The notes: generated by a model not told the origin, from the sequence alone. 64,000 bases of DNA from Parcubacteria group bacterium Gr01-1014_3 (GCA_007376445.1 VMGF01000002.1:167928-231927), one strand, 5' to 3'; shown: positions 1 to 9,868, counted from the stretch's first letter. Numbers and translations: made by a program.

Positions 1-639
1 TTCGAACTTAGAAAACGTCGGACCATTCTCCAGGGTAGAGAAATCTACCGCCGTGCCGAGCTGATGCTCGGAATAACCCTGATCGGCGGAGAATTGATTG
101 GAAGTCCCGGCGCCATAAGTCACCGAATAGCCGGATTTTACCGAAGCCTGCTCATAAAACGATCGGTAGGCGGATAAGATCAGTAAATTCATTCCCTCAG
201 CCTTCGCCGCTTCGAGCAGGCTGCCTAGACGGCCCGAAACTCCCGAGTGGATCAGCTGAGTCCGATTCTTTTCATATAGATATTGCGGATCGAGGCTGGA
301 AAGCTGGGCCGGGGCATAGTTTTCGCTCAAAAAATAAACCTTGGAATATTTCCGCAACAACTCCGGATCGGTGGCGCTCCACTTTTGAAGATTCCCCACG
401 ATGCTAGAGAGTTCGCTGATCTTTACCTCAAAGGCGCCGGTCTTGCTCCGCTCGGTATTTAAGGCCTGGAGCAGATTGTTGTTCTCCTCCCCCGCTTTGA
501 CGAGCGACTGCTCAAGATCGGTGATCTTAGCGCCACGAGCGGTATTCTCTTCTGAGGTTTGCCAGTAGCTATATCCGCCATAACCAAGCAATCCCGCTCC
601 GCCGATGATCAATAAAATTTTGGTTAAATTGAGCTTCAT
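1..639 (-). CDS. D-Ala-D-Ala carboxypeptidase, VanY/M15 family (5' part; continues left of window)
   Basis: Translation of the minus strand from the ATG at 637-639 gives MKLNLTKILLIIGG (membrane anchor) and later ...GYSEHQLGTAVDF, the M15 zinc-binding motif. Not in the ORF track because it is truncated. Confidence 0.65.
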   Translation of the reverse strand, partial: MKLNLTKILLIIGGAGLLGYGGYSYWQTSEENTARGAKITDLEQSLVKAGEENNNLLQALNTERSKTGAFEVKISELSSIVGNLQKWSATDPELLRKYSKVYFLSENYAPAQLSSLDPQYLYEKNRTQLIHSGVSGRLGSLLEAAKAEGMNLLILSAYRSFYEQASVKSGYSVTYGAGTSNQFSADQGYSEHQLGTAVDFSTLENGPTFSKFE

Positions 640-743
640 CCCGTTAGAGATTTTGAAAAATAATTTTATAATATTCGCCGACATTAAAACAATTCATTTT
701 CCCTCGCTATGATTTTGCCGAAGTCGACATTATCTCTAACGGG
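640..743. repeat. CCCGTTAGA inverted-repeat element, copy 1 (CCCGTTAGAGAT ... ATCTCTAACGGG, AT-rich interior)
   Basis: Perfect 12-bp terminal inverted repeat. The right end abuts the ATG of the VanY-like gene on the minus strand (TCTAACGGG|ATG). Confidence 0.7.
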
Positions 744-827
744 ACTTCACTGATTAATTTTAACATGAATTATACCGCCCGATTTTCTTATGGGCTAATT
801 CGTGCGAATTAGCCCATAAGACTAAAT

Positions 828-1964
828 TTATTTTTGGCCCAGCATTTTACTCACTACGCGCTTGGCGCTCATAAAACAGGCAACTTGAGTGGCGGCGCCG
901 GCGATCGTGACGGTATTCCCTTTAAATTGAATGAATGGTTGATAATTCTTGGTAACCCCGAAGGTCCCAGACCAGGCATACTCGGCCCGAAGGTTCAGAT
1001 AAGGAAATAATTTCTTTAGAAAAGTTTTTATATTTTTTAAATGCGGGAAATGCGGATCTTTTTTCTTATGTTTTTTATTCACAGTCAGCGTCCCAAATCC
1101 GGCTAGGATTCTTCTATCCTTAGTTACTTTGAAGTAGGTATAACGATTTCTGGCGTCAAAAATTATTTTTTTCTTCACCAGCCCGGTTTTGGTCAATTCG
1201 CCTTCTGTCAGAGGCCGTGTAACAATAATCGTTGATTTCTGACTTTTTACCTGTTTCGCGGGATGATCCGCGTCTATAGCCATAATAAGTTTTTTATATT
1301 TTATGGTGCCATGCCCAGTTCTGGCCGTGTTTCCGGACAATTCTAAAAGAGCGGTGTTTTCGTAGATTTTAACCCCGTATTTCTCCACTGCTTTGGAAAA
1401 ATTTTGGGTGAACTTCAAAGGATTCAGGGAGAGTCCGTGATTGATAGATAATATTCCTTGGGTGAAAAGTTCGGTATTAATTTCCTCTTTTAATTCCTTG
1501 CCGCTAAGAAATTTAGTGGCCTGTTCGAGGTTTTTTTCTGCCTCGTATTCTTTTCGCAAGTAATTTATCAGGGATCTGTGTTTGAAGGCGCAATACAGGG
1601 TATCTTGCGGCTCAGCGTCGCAATCTATCTTCTCGTCCTGAATAACTTTTTTGATGCCCTGCAATCCTTCACGAATCGCTCGCCAATATATTTTACCTTT
1701 ATTTTTTCCGTAAGTTTTAATGATCTGTAAGAGATCTGATTCTCCGCGCAACACTAGAGTACCCGCCGCTTTTCCCGTGGCGCCACTCGCGATGTGGAGC
1801 TTTTCAATTAAAACAATGTTTTTGGCTCCGGATTTCGCGAGAAAATAAGCGGCCGACACTCCGGTAACTCCGCCGCCGACAATAAGATAATCGCACTCTA
1901 TGTCGCTTTGTAATTCTGGTCTGACTTTGTAGCCAGGATTTTTCCAAAAGACTTCAAATTTCAT
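828..1964 (-). CDS. FAD-dependent oxidoreductase (DadA/glycine-oxidase-like)
   Basis: DYLIVGGGVTGVSAAYFLAK Rossmann motif. Likely starts at the internal Met (MKFEVFW); the longer ORF would overlap the next gene. Confidence 0.65.
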   Translation of the reverse strand: MKFEVFWKNPGYKVRPELQSDIECDYLIVGGGVTGVSAAYFLAKSGAKNIVLIEKLHIASGATGKAAGTLVLRGESDLLQIIKTYGKNKGKIYWRAIREGLQGIKKVIQDEKIDCDAEPQDTLYCAFKHRSLINYLRKEYEAEKNLEQATKFLSGKELKEEINTELFTQGILSINHGLSLNPLKFTQNFSKAVEKYGVKIYENTALLELSGNTARTGHGTIKYKKLIMAIDADHPAKQVKSQKSTIIVTRPLTEGELTKTGLVKKKIIFDARNRYTYFKVTKDRRILAGFGTLTVNKKHKKKDPHFPHLKNIKTFLKKLFPYLNLRAEYAWSGTFGVTKNYQPFIQFKGNTVTIAGAATQVACFMSAKRVVSKMLGQK

Positions 1965-2008
1965 GAATACATTGAAGTATAGAGGAATTCTGATATGATT
2001 TAAAGAAT

Positions 2009-3163
2009 ATGAAATTCGATTTCTTGGTTCTGGGAGCAACGGGAATGCAAGGCAGAATCGTCACGGCCGATTTGATTGGAAAGGGTTACAAAGTTTTTGG
2101 TTCTAGCCGGCACGCGAAGGGGTTAGAAAAAGTTCAAGAACAGCATCCGACTTTTCAGTTTGAGGAGTTGGATCTATCCGATAGTAAAAAGATCGCGGAA
2201 TTAATCTCCAGAGTTAATCCGGGAGTCGTCATCAACTGCGCCGAAGGAGATTGGAACTTCGAAGTTTATCAGGCGGCTCTTGAAGCGGGAGCGAATGTGA
2301 TTGATCTTGGTTCCGATATTCCGACCACTCAAAAGCAGATGGCCCTTGATCAAGCGTTCAAAGAAAAAGGACTGACCGCTATTACCGGCTGTGGTTCCAC
2401 GCCGGGAGTAAACGACGTGATGCTCAGATACGCGTCAGGCTTTTTAGACACCATTGATACGATCGAGGCGGGTTTTGCCTGGAATTCCGAGCCTCAAACA
2501 TTCGTCGTGCCATTTTCGATGGAAAGCATCTTCGAGGAGTTCACTGATCCGGCGCAGGTCTTTGAAAACGGCGAGTGGGGCGTGAAAGTGCCTATGGAAA
2601 CCGTTCAAGACAAAGAATTCCGTGAAGTAGGAAATCAAAAAGTCTTTCTAGTCCGGCATCCGGAAACTTACACCTTTTATTACTACTTCCAGGATCTCGG
2701 GGTGAAAACAGTTCGCTTCTACGCCGGATTCCCCGATCATTCCTTTAATGTCATACAAGATTATATAAAACGGGGGCTAACTAAAGATCGGAAGTTTTGT
2801 TTGGATGGAGAAAATTGCGCCCCCCTCACAGCTCTTACTAAAATCCTTCAGGAAAAACACGCTCCGCCGGAAGGATATGAGGAAAAAGAAAATTTGTGGG
2901 TTTCTCTGACCGGCACTAAAAACGGCAGAAAGGAAACGATCTTGATGGAATGCATCGTCCCGACTCTCCCCGACTGGAAGAGCGCCGGTTGCAATATTGA
3001 TACCGGCTTTCCGGCTTCAATCATGGCTCAGATGATCCTAAATAAAGTAGTTGCTGACCGTGGCAGTTTTGCCCCGGCCGGGATTATTCCGCCGGAACCA
3101 TTTTTCGAGGAATTGAAAAAGAGAAGCATGAGAATCTACATGAACGGAGCGCAAATCGTTTAA
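2009..3163 (+). CDS. saccharopine dehydrogenase-like NAD(P)-binding oxidoreductase
   Basis: N-terminal LVLGATGMQGRIV Rossmann motif; Sacchrp_dh-like length and architecture. Confidence 0.55.
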   Translation: MKFDFLVLGATGMQGRIVTADLIGKGYKVFGSSRHAKGLEKVQEQHPTFQFEELDLSDSKKIAELISRVNPGVVINCAEGDWNFEVYQAALEAGANVIDLGSDIPTTQKQMALDQAFKEKGLTAITGCGSTPGVNDVMLRYASGFLDTIDTIEAGFAWNSEPQTFVVPFSMESIFEEFTDPAQVFENGEWGVKVPMETVQDKEFREVGNQKVFLVRHPETYTFYYYFQDLGVKTVRFYAGFPDHSFNVIQDYIKRGLTKDRKFCLDGENCAPLTALTKILQEKHAPPEGYEEKENLWVSLTGTKNGRKETILMECIVPTLPDWKSAGCNIDTGFPASIMAQMILNKVVADRGSFAPAGIIPPEPFFEELKKRSMRIYMNGAQIV

Positions 3164-4461
3164 GCGGCTGAATCACCAGCTACATAACCGGTCGTCCAAC
3201 AGAGTTGAAGCGAGTAGCCGCCCGAGGGCCGATCTACATTTAATACGTCGCCAACGAGATAAAGCCATGGGATTAAGCGGGACTGCATTGTTTTGAAATT
3301 CACCTCTTCGAGCGCCACACCCCCGGACGAAACAATCGCTTTATTGGCCCCGAGTAAACCGGAAACATTGAGCGGAACCGCTTTCAGGAGCGCGACTATT
3401 TTCTTTCGAGATTCGGCGCTGACGCTGTGATTGGCCGTCTCCCCGCTGATCTCGGCAATCTCCAAAAGCGCGGACACTAGCGCGGCGGGGATCAGTTTGT
3501 TTAAAACATTTTTCAGCTTTTTATTGCTCTCGCCTATTAAAAGTTCCTGGAGTTTTTTGCGAAGCGAACCAAGATCGGTCTTTGGAAAAAGATCGAGCTC
3601 GATAACTACCTCGCCATATTTTAAAAGTTCGCCAATCTCTTTGCTTATATTCAAGACCGTCGGGCCGCTGATGCCAAAGTGCGTAAAGAGAAGTTTGCCA
3701 TTCACGCTGATCTGTTTTTGCCGGTTTTGTCCTCCAGAGGCGGATCCGCCCCAGGCGGAAAAAATCGTGAGCTTGATGTCTTTTAACGTAACGCCGCCAA
3801 GTTTTTTGGCCCACGCGTCTGAAAGTGCAATCGGAACAAGAGCGAAATCGTTGTCGACGATTGTATGCCCTAGTTTTTTAAGCCATTTGAATCCTTCGCC
3901 GGTCGAGCCGGTCTCCGGACGGGATGTGCCGCCAGTAGCCAGAACGCACGACTTGGTGATAATTTCCCCGCCCACATCGCTAAGCGAAGTGTGGCGGGCA
4001 GGTTTTCCGCCTTTTACTTTGATAATAATATTTTTTGTATCCGGATCGACTGAAAGCCCGGCAACCTCAACGCCCGTCTGAACTTTCACGCCACCCTCTT
4101 TCATATACTCAACCAGCACATCCCAGACGGACTTCGCGCTATCCGATACCGGGAAAATTCTACCCTCATTTTCTTCTTTGGTGGCCATGCCTCTTTTGTT
4201 AAAAAAATCTAGCGCTTCTGTAACTCCAAACTGGGAAAAAGCGGAAAAAAGAAACTGGTCATTGCCTTTGTATTTTTCAACCATCAGACGAACCGCCGGT
4301 TTATTGTTGGTCACATTACACCGCCCACCGCCGGTAATAAGCAGTTTTTTGCCCAAACCAGGATTCTTTTCAAGTAATAAAACAGAACGGCCTTTGCTTG
4401 CCGCTCTACCAGCCGCCATCATCCCAGCCGGCCCTCCGCCGATAACTACGACGTCATACAT
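3160..4461 (-). CDS. HI0933/YhiN-family FAD flavoprotein
   Basis: VVVIGGGPAGMMAA and GGGRCNVTN motifs. Carries the in-frame palindromic element (FSAWGGSASGGQ). Confidence 0.7.
   Translation of the reverse strand: MYDVVVIGGGPAGMMAAGRAASKGRSVLLLEKNPGLGKKLLITGGGRCNVTNNKPAVRLMVEKYKGNDQFLFSAFSQFGVTEALDFFNKRGMATKEENEGRIFPVSDSAKSVWDVLVEYMKEGGVKVQTGVEVAGLSVDPDTKNIIIKVKGGKPARHTSLSDVGGEIITKSCVLATGGTSRPETGSTGEGFKWLKKLGHTIVDNDFALVPIALSDAWAKKLGGVTLKDIKLTIFSAWGGSASGGQNRQKQISVNGKLLFTHFGISGPTVLNISKEIGELLKYGEVVIELDLFPKTDLGSLRKKLQELLIGESNKKLKNVLNKLIPAALVSALLEIAEISGETANHSVSAESRKKIVALLKAVPLNVSGLLGANKAIVSSGGVALEEVNFKTMQSRLIPWLYLVGDVLNVDRPSGGYSLQLCWTTGYVAGDSAA
3730..3762 (-). repeat. in-frame double-hairpin palindromic mini-element, copy 1
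   Basis: Plus strand TCCTCCagaGGCGGATCCGCCccaGGCGGAAAA; sense strand of host gene TTT TCC GCC tgg GGC GGA TCC GCC tct GGA GGA. Confidence 0.8.
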
Positions 4462-4928
4462 TAAGACTTTAATCCGGCGTCCTTCAGGATTTTTATTAAC
4501 TGAGGATCCCAGCTACGATCGATCTTACGGAAATGCTTCCATTCATAATAATCGCAATGCTTACTATCCAACTCAGGGCCTTTCCAGGGTTTTATTGGCT
4601 TCATTAAAAACGCGAAGTCGATATTTTGCAGAGGTTTTACGCCAAATGGGCCTTCTGGGAAGCGCAGATCGTAGACTCCGATCAATCGTACGACCTTGGC
4701 GTCGATCGACATCTCCTCTTTAGTTTTCCTTACCGCCGCCGCTTCAAGAGATTCCCCTTTTTTCATGCGGCCTCCAGGAATCCACCACCCATCTTTTACT
4801 GGCTGGTTCTTGCGCTTTATGACCAAAAAACCGTCGCTGGTTTCAATCAACAGATCGACGGTTACAATTGGCATCTCTGCCAATATCTTTTTATATACGT
4901 TAAGCGGAATGAAGCTTTTCTTCGCCAT
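4461..4928 (-). CDS. NUDIX hydrolase
   Basis: Nudix box GGRMKKGESLEAAAVRKTKEEMSI. Confidence 0.75.
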   Translation of the reverse strand: MAKKSFIPLNVYKKILAEMPIVTVDLLIETSDGFLVIKRKNQPVKDGWWIPGGRMKKGESLEAAAVRKTKEEMSIDAKVVRLIGVYDLRFPEGPFGVKPLQNIDFAFLMKPIKPWKGPELDSKHCDYYEWKHFRKIDRSWDPQLIKILKDAGLKS

Positions 4929-6186
4929 TTTTAGTAATTATATGCGGATACGGCATCGGGAAAAAGAGCTTGCCGCCCTGCTCCAGATACGGCCGCTCGC
5001 GCTTGATCAATTCATCTTTAAAGAACCAGATCAACACCAACATCGCGCTGGGCTTTAATTCTCTGGCGCGTTCTTCAGAAACTAATTCAATATCGGTGCC
5101 TAAAGTTTTCAAACCGACTTTCTCCGGATTCCGCTCGCTCAAATACGGAATCATCTTTTTATCTATGCCGAAAAACTGCAACAAAACATTGCCCTTGGTG
5201 GAAGCGCCCAAACCGATTACCATTCCTCCTTTTTCTTTTTCCGCTTTAATGAAATCAAGCGTCGTCTTTTTCAGAGCGTCGATCTTGCGGGAAAATTCCC
5301 GGTAAGTTTCCGCGTCATATAATCGCATCTGCTTTTCTTTTTCATAAATCTCGGCAAGAGCTGCTGAAATTGGCCGAGGATTATTTTTATGGGTGACAAA
5401 AATTCTCAAACTGCCCCCGTTAACGGTGTTTAAAGAGGCGTCAAAAATATACAGATCATGACGATTCATTAAATTTTCCAAAACCTGCAAGGAATAATAC
5501 AAAAGATGTTCGTGGCAGATATCATAAAAATTCAATGTTTCCAGCGTAGTCGGCAAATGGCTTAGCTGAACACACCACACCCCATCAGGCGCTAAAACGG
5601 ACTTAATCTCGGAAACAAACGCATTGGGATCGTCGAGATCGTAGAACATAGCCACTGAGCTGATCGAGCGGAACTTCGCGCCGCCGCTCGCATTGAATAC
5701 TTTTGGTCCGGAAAAATAATCCTTGATGATAGTAATCGACTTATCTAATCCGCTGATGTCAATATTTTGCGCCGGATCAATGCCGCGCCTGATCGTATCG
5801 GTCGGAAAATAGCTCAACATCGTGCCGTCATTGCAGCCGATATCCAGAACGTGATCCCCCGGATTCAAAGTGATCTTTTGCGAAATCTCTTTAACGATGT
5901 CTTGTAGGGCCTCGCGCATCATTGGATTCGTGCCGGAACGATAAAAATAGCTGCGGTACATCAGATCACGATCTACAGTTTCTTTCAGCTGAACCAGGCC
6001 GCAGGCGGATTCATTTTTACTCCGATCACACAAAACCAGCGTAAGCGGGATCCGGATCTTGGAAAGTTCTTCCTTAGAATTATCCGCCACGAATGAAGAG
6101 GCCAGATATTGCTCGCCTAACCCGATAACCTCGGTGAGATCCGGATTTCCGCAAATACGGCACTTTTGTACTGTAGAATAATACAT
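4900..6186 (-). CDS. SAM-dependent (sugar) C-methyltransferase with N-terminal zinc-ribbon
   Basis: N-terminal CRICGN...CDR...C zinc ribbon; LDIGCNDG SAM motif I; C-methyltransferase-like C-terminal domain. Confidence 0.55.
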   Translation of the reverse strand: MYYSTVQKCRICGNPDLTEVIGLGEQYLASSFVADNSKEELSKIRIPLTLVLCDRSKNESACGLVQLKETVDRDLMYRSYFYRSGTNPMMREALQDIVKEISQKITLNPGDHVLDIGCNDGTMLSYFPTDTIRRGIDPAQNIDISGLDKSITIIKDYFSGPKVFNASGGAKFRSISSVAMFYDLDDPNAFVSEIKSVLAPDGVWCVQLSHLPTTLETLNFYDICHEHLLYYSLQVLENLMNRHDLYIFDASLNTVNGGSLRIFVTHKNNPRPISAALAEIYEKEKQMRLYDAETYREFSRKIDALKKTTLDFIKAEKEKGGMVIGLGASTKGNVLLQFFGIDKKMIPYLSERNPEKVGLKTLGTDIELVSEERARELKPSAMLVLIWFFKDELIKRERPYLEQGGKLFFPMPYPHIITKNGEEKLHSA

Positions 6187-6855
6187 TTATTTTTTAGTAA
6201 AACGCTCTTTCAGCATCAGCATTAAAATTTCCCAGCCGGTTTTAAATGGCGACATTTTTCGCACACCGCCGATGCGCTCCGGTTCATCTGCCGCGATCTC
6301 TGCCACGCGCAATCCCCGCTTGATGAATTTGATCGGCATTTGAATGGACCAGGACAATCCCTTGGCATCCATATTCAGATCTTTGAAAACCGATCTCCGG
6401 TATCCCCGAAAACCAACCAATACATCCGAATACGATGACCAAAAAAGAAGATTGACCATTTTTGTAAACATCCAATTACCCTTTGATGTTAAAAAGTCAT
6501 CATCATAATTCACGGCTGGTGGCTTATACCGCGAAGCAATGACAAAATCGTAACCCTCATTCAACTTATTTACCACATCAGAAATCTTTTCTGGAAGGGA
6601 ATTGCCGTCCGCCGGAAATTCGATCACGAAATCTCCCGTGGCCAGTTCATAACCCTCCTGCATGGCATTTCCATAGCCCTTGCCGGACTGACGATGAACC
6701 CGGTAGCCGTTGGCGCGGCAAAACTCAACGGTCCCATCCGTAGATCCCCCGTCAACGACTATCAGCTCGTCCACCCATTCTTTTTTAATTTTTGGCAGCA
6801 CCGCCCGGACCGCCTCAATCTCGTTCAGTGTTGGCGCGATTAATGTGACTTTCAT
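6187..6855 (-). CDS. family 2 glycosyltransferase (DPM synthase-like)
   Basis: LIVVDGGSTDGT and DxD-type motifs; about 220 aa GT2 catalytic domain. Confidence 0.75.
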   Translation of the reverse strand: MKVTLIAPTLNEIEAVRAVLPKIKKEWVDELIVVDGGSTDGTVEFCRANGYRVHRQSGKGYGNAMQEGYELATGDFVIEFPADGNSLPEKISDVVNKLNEGYDFVIASRYKPPAVNYDDDFLTSKGNWMFTKMVNLLFWSSYSDVLVGFRGYRRSVFKDLNMDAKGLSWSIQMPIKFIKRGLRVAEIAADEPERIGGVRKMSPFKTGWEILMLMLKERFTKK

Positions 6856-7838
6856 AATCCTCGTTTTGCCTTTTCCGTTTTATACCAATTAATAGTACTG
6901 GCTAAACCATCTCGTAGCAAGATTCTCGAAGAAAAACCGATCTTTTCCTTTGCCTTCCGGGTATCACAAGTTCGCCGAGGCTGACCGTCCGGCTTAGTGG
7001 AGTCAAACACGATGTCTAATTTAGCGCCGGTAAGCTCAACTAATAATTTGGCAAGATCCCCGATGGAGGTCTCTTCATCGCTTCCGATATTCAGCGGATC
7101 GGCCACCGGATATTTTTCGCACACATCTAAAAGGCCGCGCGCGAAATCTTTCGCGTAAAGAAATGATCTGGTTTGCTTCCCGCTGCCCCAGACCACCAGT
7201 GGATTCTCGCCGCTCAATATCCGCTTGATCAAACTCGGGATCACATGATTGGTCGGGGCGAAAAAATCATCCCTGGGGCCATACGCGTTGTAAGGGCGGG
7301 CTATCGCTATCTTCATGCCGAATTCTTCGGCGTATGCTTTTCCAAGATACTCCTCCATCCGCTTTGACCAGCCATAGCCGGCATTGCTTGGATCCGGCTG
7401 ATCTTTCACGCCTTCCTCTTCTGGAGTCGGGCTGGTCGTATTCGTGGGGTAAACACAGGCCGAGCTGACCACTAAAAAACGCTCAACGCCAACCTCACGC
7501 GCGGCATCAATGACATTCATAAATGAGGTTATGTTGTCCCGGAACAAGCTCGCGTGGTGAGCCATGCTATGCGCGATTCCGCCGCCCTTAGCCGCCGCCA
7601 GGTTCAAAACGATCTCCTGGCCTTTCATGGCACGTAAAACACTCGGTTTATCAAATAGATCGACCTCAACAACGGTAATCTTATCGCGTACAGATTCTAA
7701 GAAATCTAATTTAGTGGTTTTGCGGACCGGAACAGTCACTTTCGCTCCACGCTCCACCAGCATTTCTACTAAGTGACTTCCAATAAGCCCGGCGCCACCG
7801 GTGACAAATACTTTTTTATTTGCATAAAAATCAGCCAT
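6852..7838 (-). CDS. NAD-dependent epimerase/dehydratase (SDR extended family)
   Basis: VFVTGGAGLIGSHLV Rossmann motif; YxxxK region. Confidence 0.8.
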   Translation of the reverse strand: MADFYANKKVFVTGGAGLIGSHLVEMLVERGAKVTVPVRKTTKLDFLESVRDKITVVEVDLFDKPSVLRAMKGQEIVLNLAAAKGGGIAHSMAHHASLFRDNITSFMNVIDAAREVGVERFLVVSSACVYPTNTTSPTPEEEGVKDQPDPSNAGYGWSKRMEEYLGKAYAEEFGMKIAIARPYNAYGPRDDFFAPTNHVIPSLIKRILSGENPLVVWGSGKQTRSFLYAKDFARGLLDVCEKYPVADPLNIGSDEETSIGDLAKLLVELTGAKLDIVFDSTKPDGQPRRTCDTRKAKEKIGFSSRILLRDGLASTINWYKTEKAKRGL

Positions 7839-7876
7839 TAATGTATTCCGATTCTATTATAAATACGCCCTCTCCG

Positions 7877-9781
7877 TCAACGAATAATTTTATAAATACT
7901 GACCGAATTATCCCGATAAATTCTCTCTAATTCCGGGTCCAGATCTAAGTCGCGTATGCCTATTTGTGACTCTAACGGGCCGACATATACATATTCGGCA
8001 TTTAACTTAGTCCAACCTGCCTTCACCGCGCTATACCGACCGAGTAACTCTTCTACCTTTTCGGCTTTTTTCTCCGCGATAACTGCATGATCGGAGGCGG
8101 AGATATACTGATCAAATGAACCGTACCGGCTTGGAAAATAATTGCCGAATAAATTACCGAAGCTATCGTTGAGATTGCTGCCTTTGTCCGGAAAACATTC
8201 ATATCCTTCGCAACCAGCGTCCATCTTACTGCTGAGCCGAGCTCGCAAAGTCTTTTCTGTAACTCCAAAGACTTTATGCGCCATCAAATAACGATCTTCC
8301 AGTTCCCGCATACTTAAGAGAGAAGTGAAGGCGGTGGCGAGATATGGGCGGACGGCGGTGTGCGTTGTTAGGTAAAAAGAAGTCATAGTTGATGGCGACA
8401 CCATCGCCGGCTCGCCGGGAAGATTTTCATTGATCCATCGCCATGATCGCGCGACATCGCTCGGAAATTTATAGTAATCCACGAGATGTGACTGCATGCA
8501 GCAACTGATCTTGGCGATATTGATAGCTTTCTTGGCCATTAAAAATACGCTCAATACGATCAGCAATCCAATAAATATCTTTTTTAATGCCGGCCAACGA
8601 ATTTCCAAACGAGAAAAGATTTCATACGCGAAAATAAATAAAATAATAAAAATAATGGGAGAAATTGAGCGGCGGAAAAATTGCGGCACGGGAACGTATC
8701 CGATCACCACCTGTACATTCCAGACAACGGTCATGGCAGCTAAAAGACCGCCTAGCCAAATGGCTTTGAGGCGGTCACGCTTCCAATAAAGTACGTACGC
8801 GACTACGGCTAGGGCCACATATACCAAGTATTCCGCCCATAAATTCGAGTTAAATCCGAAACTTCTGCCAGGAGCAATGCCTTCGCGCCAAATAAAATCT
8901 TCGGCTCCGCTGGTGTGGCTGAAAGCAAAATAAATCGCGAAATACGGGACCACGGTAATCACTAAAGCGAGGAGGAGAATCAAATAATTTTTAAATCTGA
9001 TAGGCTCTTGCTTGCGCATAAACCAAGCGGCGATGAAAAGCAGGCCGACTACGATGGTCCAATAAACCCAGTGATGAAAATAGGTATAGAAAATAAGTCC
9101 GGCAGCCGCGCCAGCGACGATGGCAGTTTTACGGGCTGGATTACGCCAGAAAATATACATCGCGAGAATGGCCAAAAGATATATCGGGTATGTCAGCAAT
9201 GGTTCGTCAATTCTCGCCAGGTACAGCTGATCAAACTGAGTATTCACCATCGGAATGAAGTTATTCAGAAAAAATGCCTGAAATTCCGCCAATCCCTGCC
9301 ACTTATAAAAAGGTAATTTCACAATGATCGGCGTCAGCGTGGCCACCAGAGCGAAGAAGATCGCGCGGAGACGGGAAATAAAAAGCGCGCGGCCCAGCAG
9401 GTACGCGATTATAAAAATAATACCGACAAAGACAAACTGCGCCGCGATATACGCGGAATCCGTGTTCCCCTTAAACAAAAACATGAATAGGGAAAAGGCG
9501 GCTGTTGGAATTATATTTTGTATGGTTGGCGGCTGTTCCTCTGCGTATAGTTCGGACGGAGGAAAATGACCATCATAAACCTCATGAGCCCGCGGAAGAT
9601 AAGCCTGTACGGAATCTCGGTAAGTTTTATATTGCGATAAAACGAACTCTTCGCCGGAAGATTCTATATTTTTCTGGACCATCAACGGCGGACCGGCATA
9701 AAAAAATCCTACAGCCAGCGCGAGCGTAAGCACGATAAACCCATAGCGATACTGATAAAAAAATGCCTTCACGGCTTCCAT
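7877..9781 (-). CDS. polytopic membrane protein, putative GT-C-type glycosyltransferase or polymerase
   Basis: More than 12 predicted TM helices in the N-terminal two-thirds plus a soluble C-terminal domain. Sits in an operon with GT2, epimerase and methyltransferase genes. Confidence 0.45.
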   Translation of the reverse strand: MEAVKAFFYQYRYGFIVLTLALAVGFFYAGPPLMVQKNIESSGEEFVLSQYKTYRDSVQAYLPRAHEVYDGHFPPSELYAEEQPPTIQNIIPTAAFSLFMFLFKGNTDSAYIAAQFVFVGIIFIIAYLLGRALFISRLRAIFFALVATLTPIIVKLPFYKWQGLAEFQAFFLNNFIPMVNTQFDQLYLARIDEPLLTYPIYLLAILAMYIFWRNPARKTAIVAGAAAGLIFYTYFHHWVYWTIVVGLLFIAAWFMRKQEPIRFKNYLILLLALVITVVPYFAIYFAFSHTSGAEDFIWREGIAPGRSFGFNSNLWAEYLVYVALAVVAYVLYWKRDRLKAIWLGGLLAAMTVVWNVQVVIGYVPVPQFFRRSISPIIFIILFIFAYEIFSRLEIRWPALKKIFIGLLIVLSVFLMAKKAINIAKISCCMQSHLVDYYKFPSDVARSWRWINENLPGEPAMVSPSTMTSFYLTTHTAVRPYLATAFTSLLSMRELEDRYLMAHKVFGVTEKTLRARLSSKMDAGCEGYECFPDKGSNLNDSFGNLFGNYFPSRYGSFDQYISASDHAVIAEKKAEKVEELLGRYSAVKAGWTKLNAEYVYVGPLESQIGIRDLDLDPELERIYRDNSVSIYKIIR

Positions 9782-9868
9782 CGTTTGAGATTAACACGCG
9801 AGGAATTCATTGGGCAAATTCCGCTTAATACGATTAGGCCTATTTGGGTCTAAATGCCGTAGATTGAT

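Noticed and set aside
3431-4081. Antisense ORFs that share a PPEADPP peptide (3431-4081, 32272-32478, 37658-37915)
   Set aside because: They are reverse-strand read-through of the palindromic mini-element inside real genes. They lie wholly inside annotated CDSs and have no independent support.
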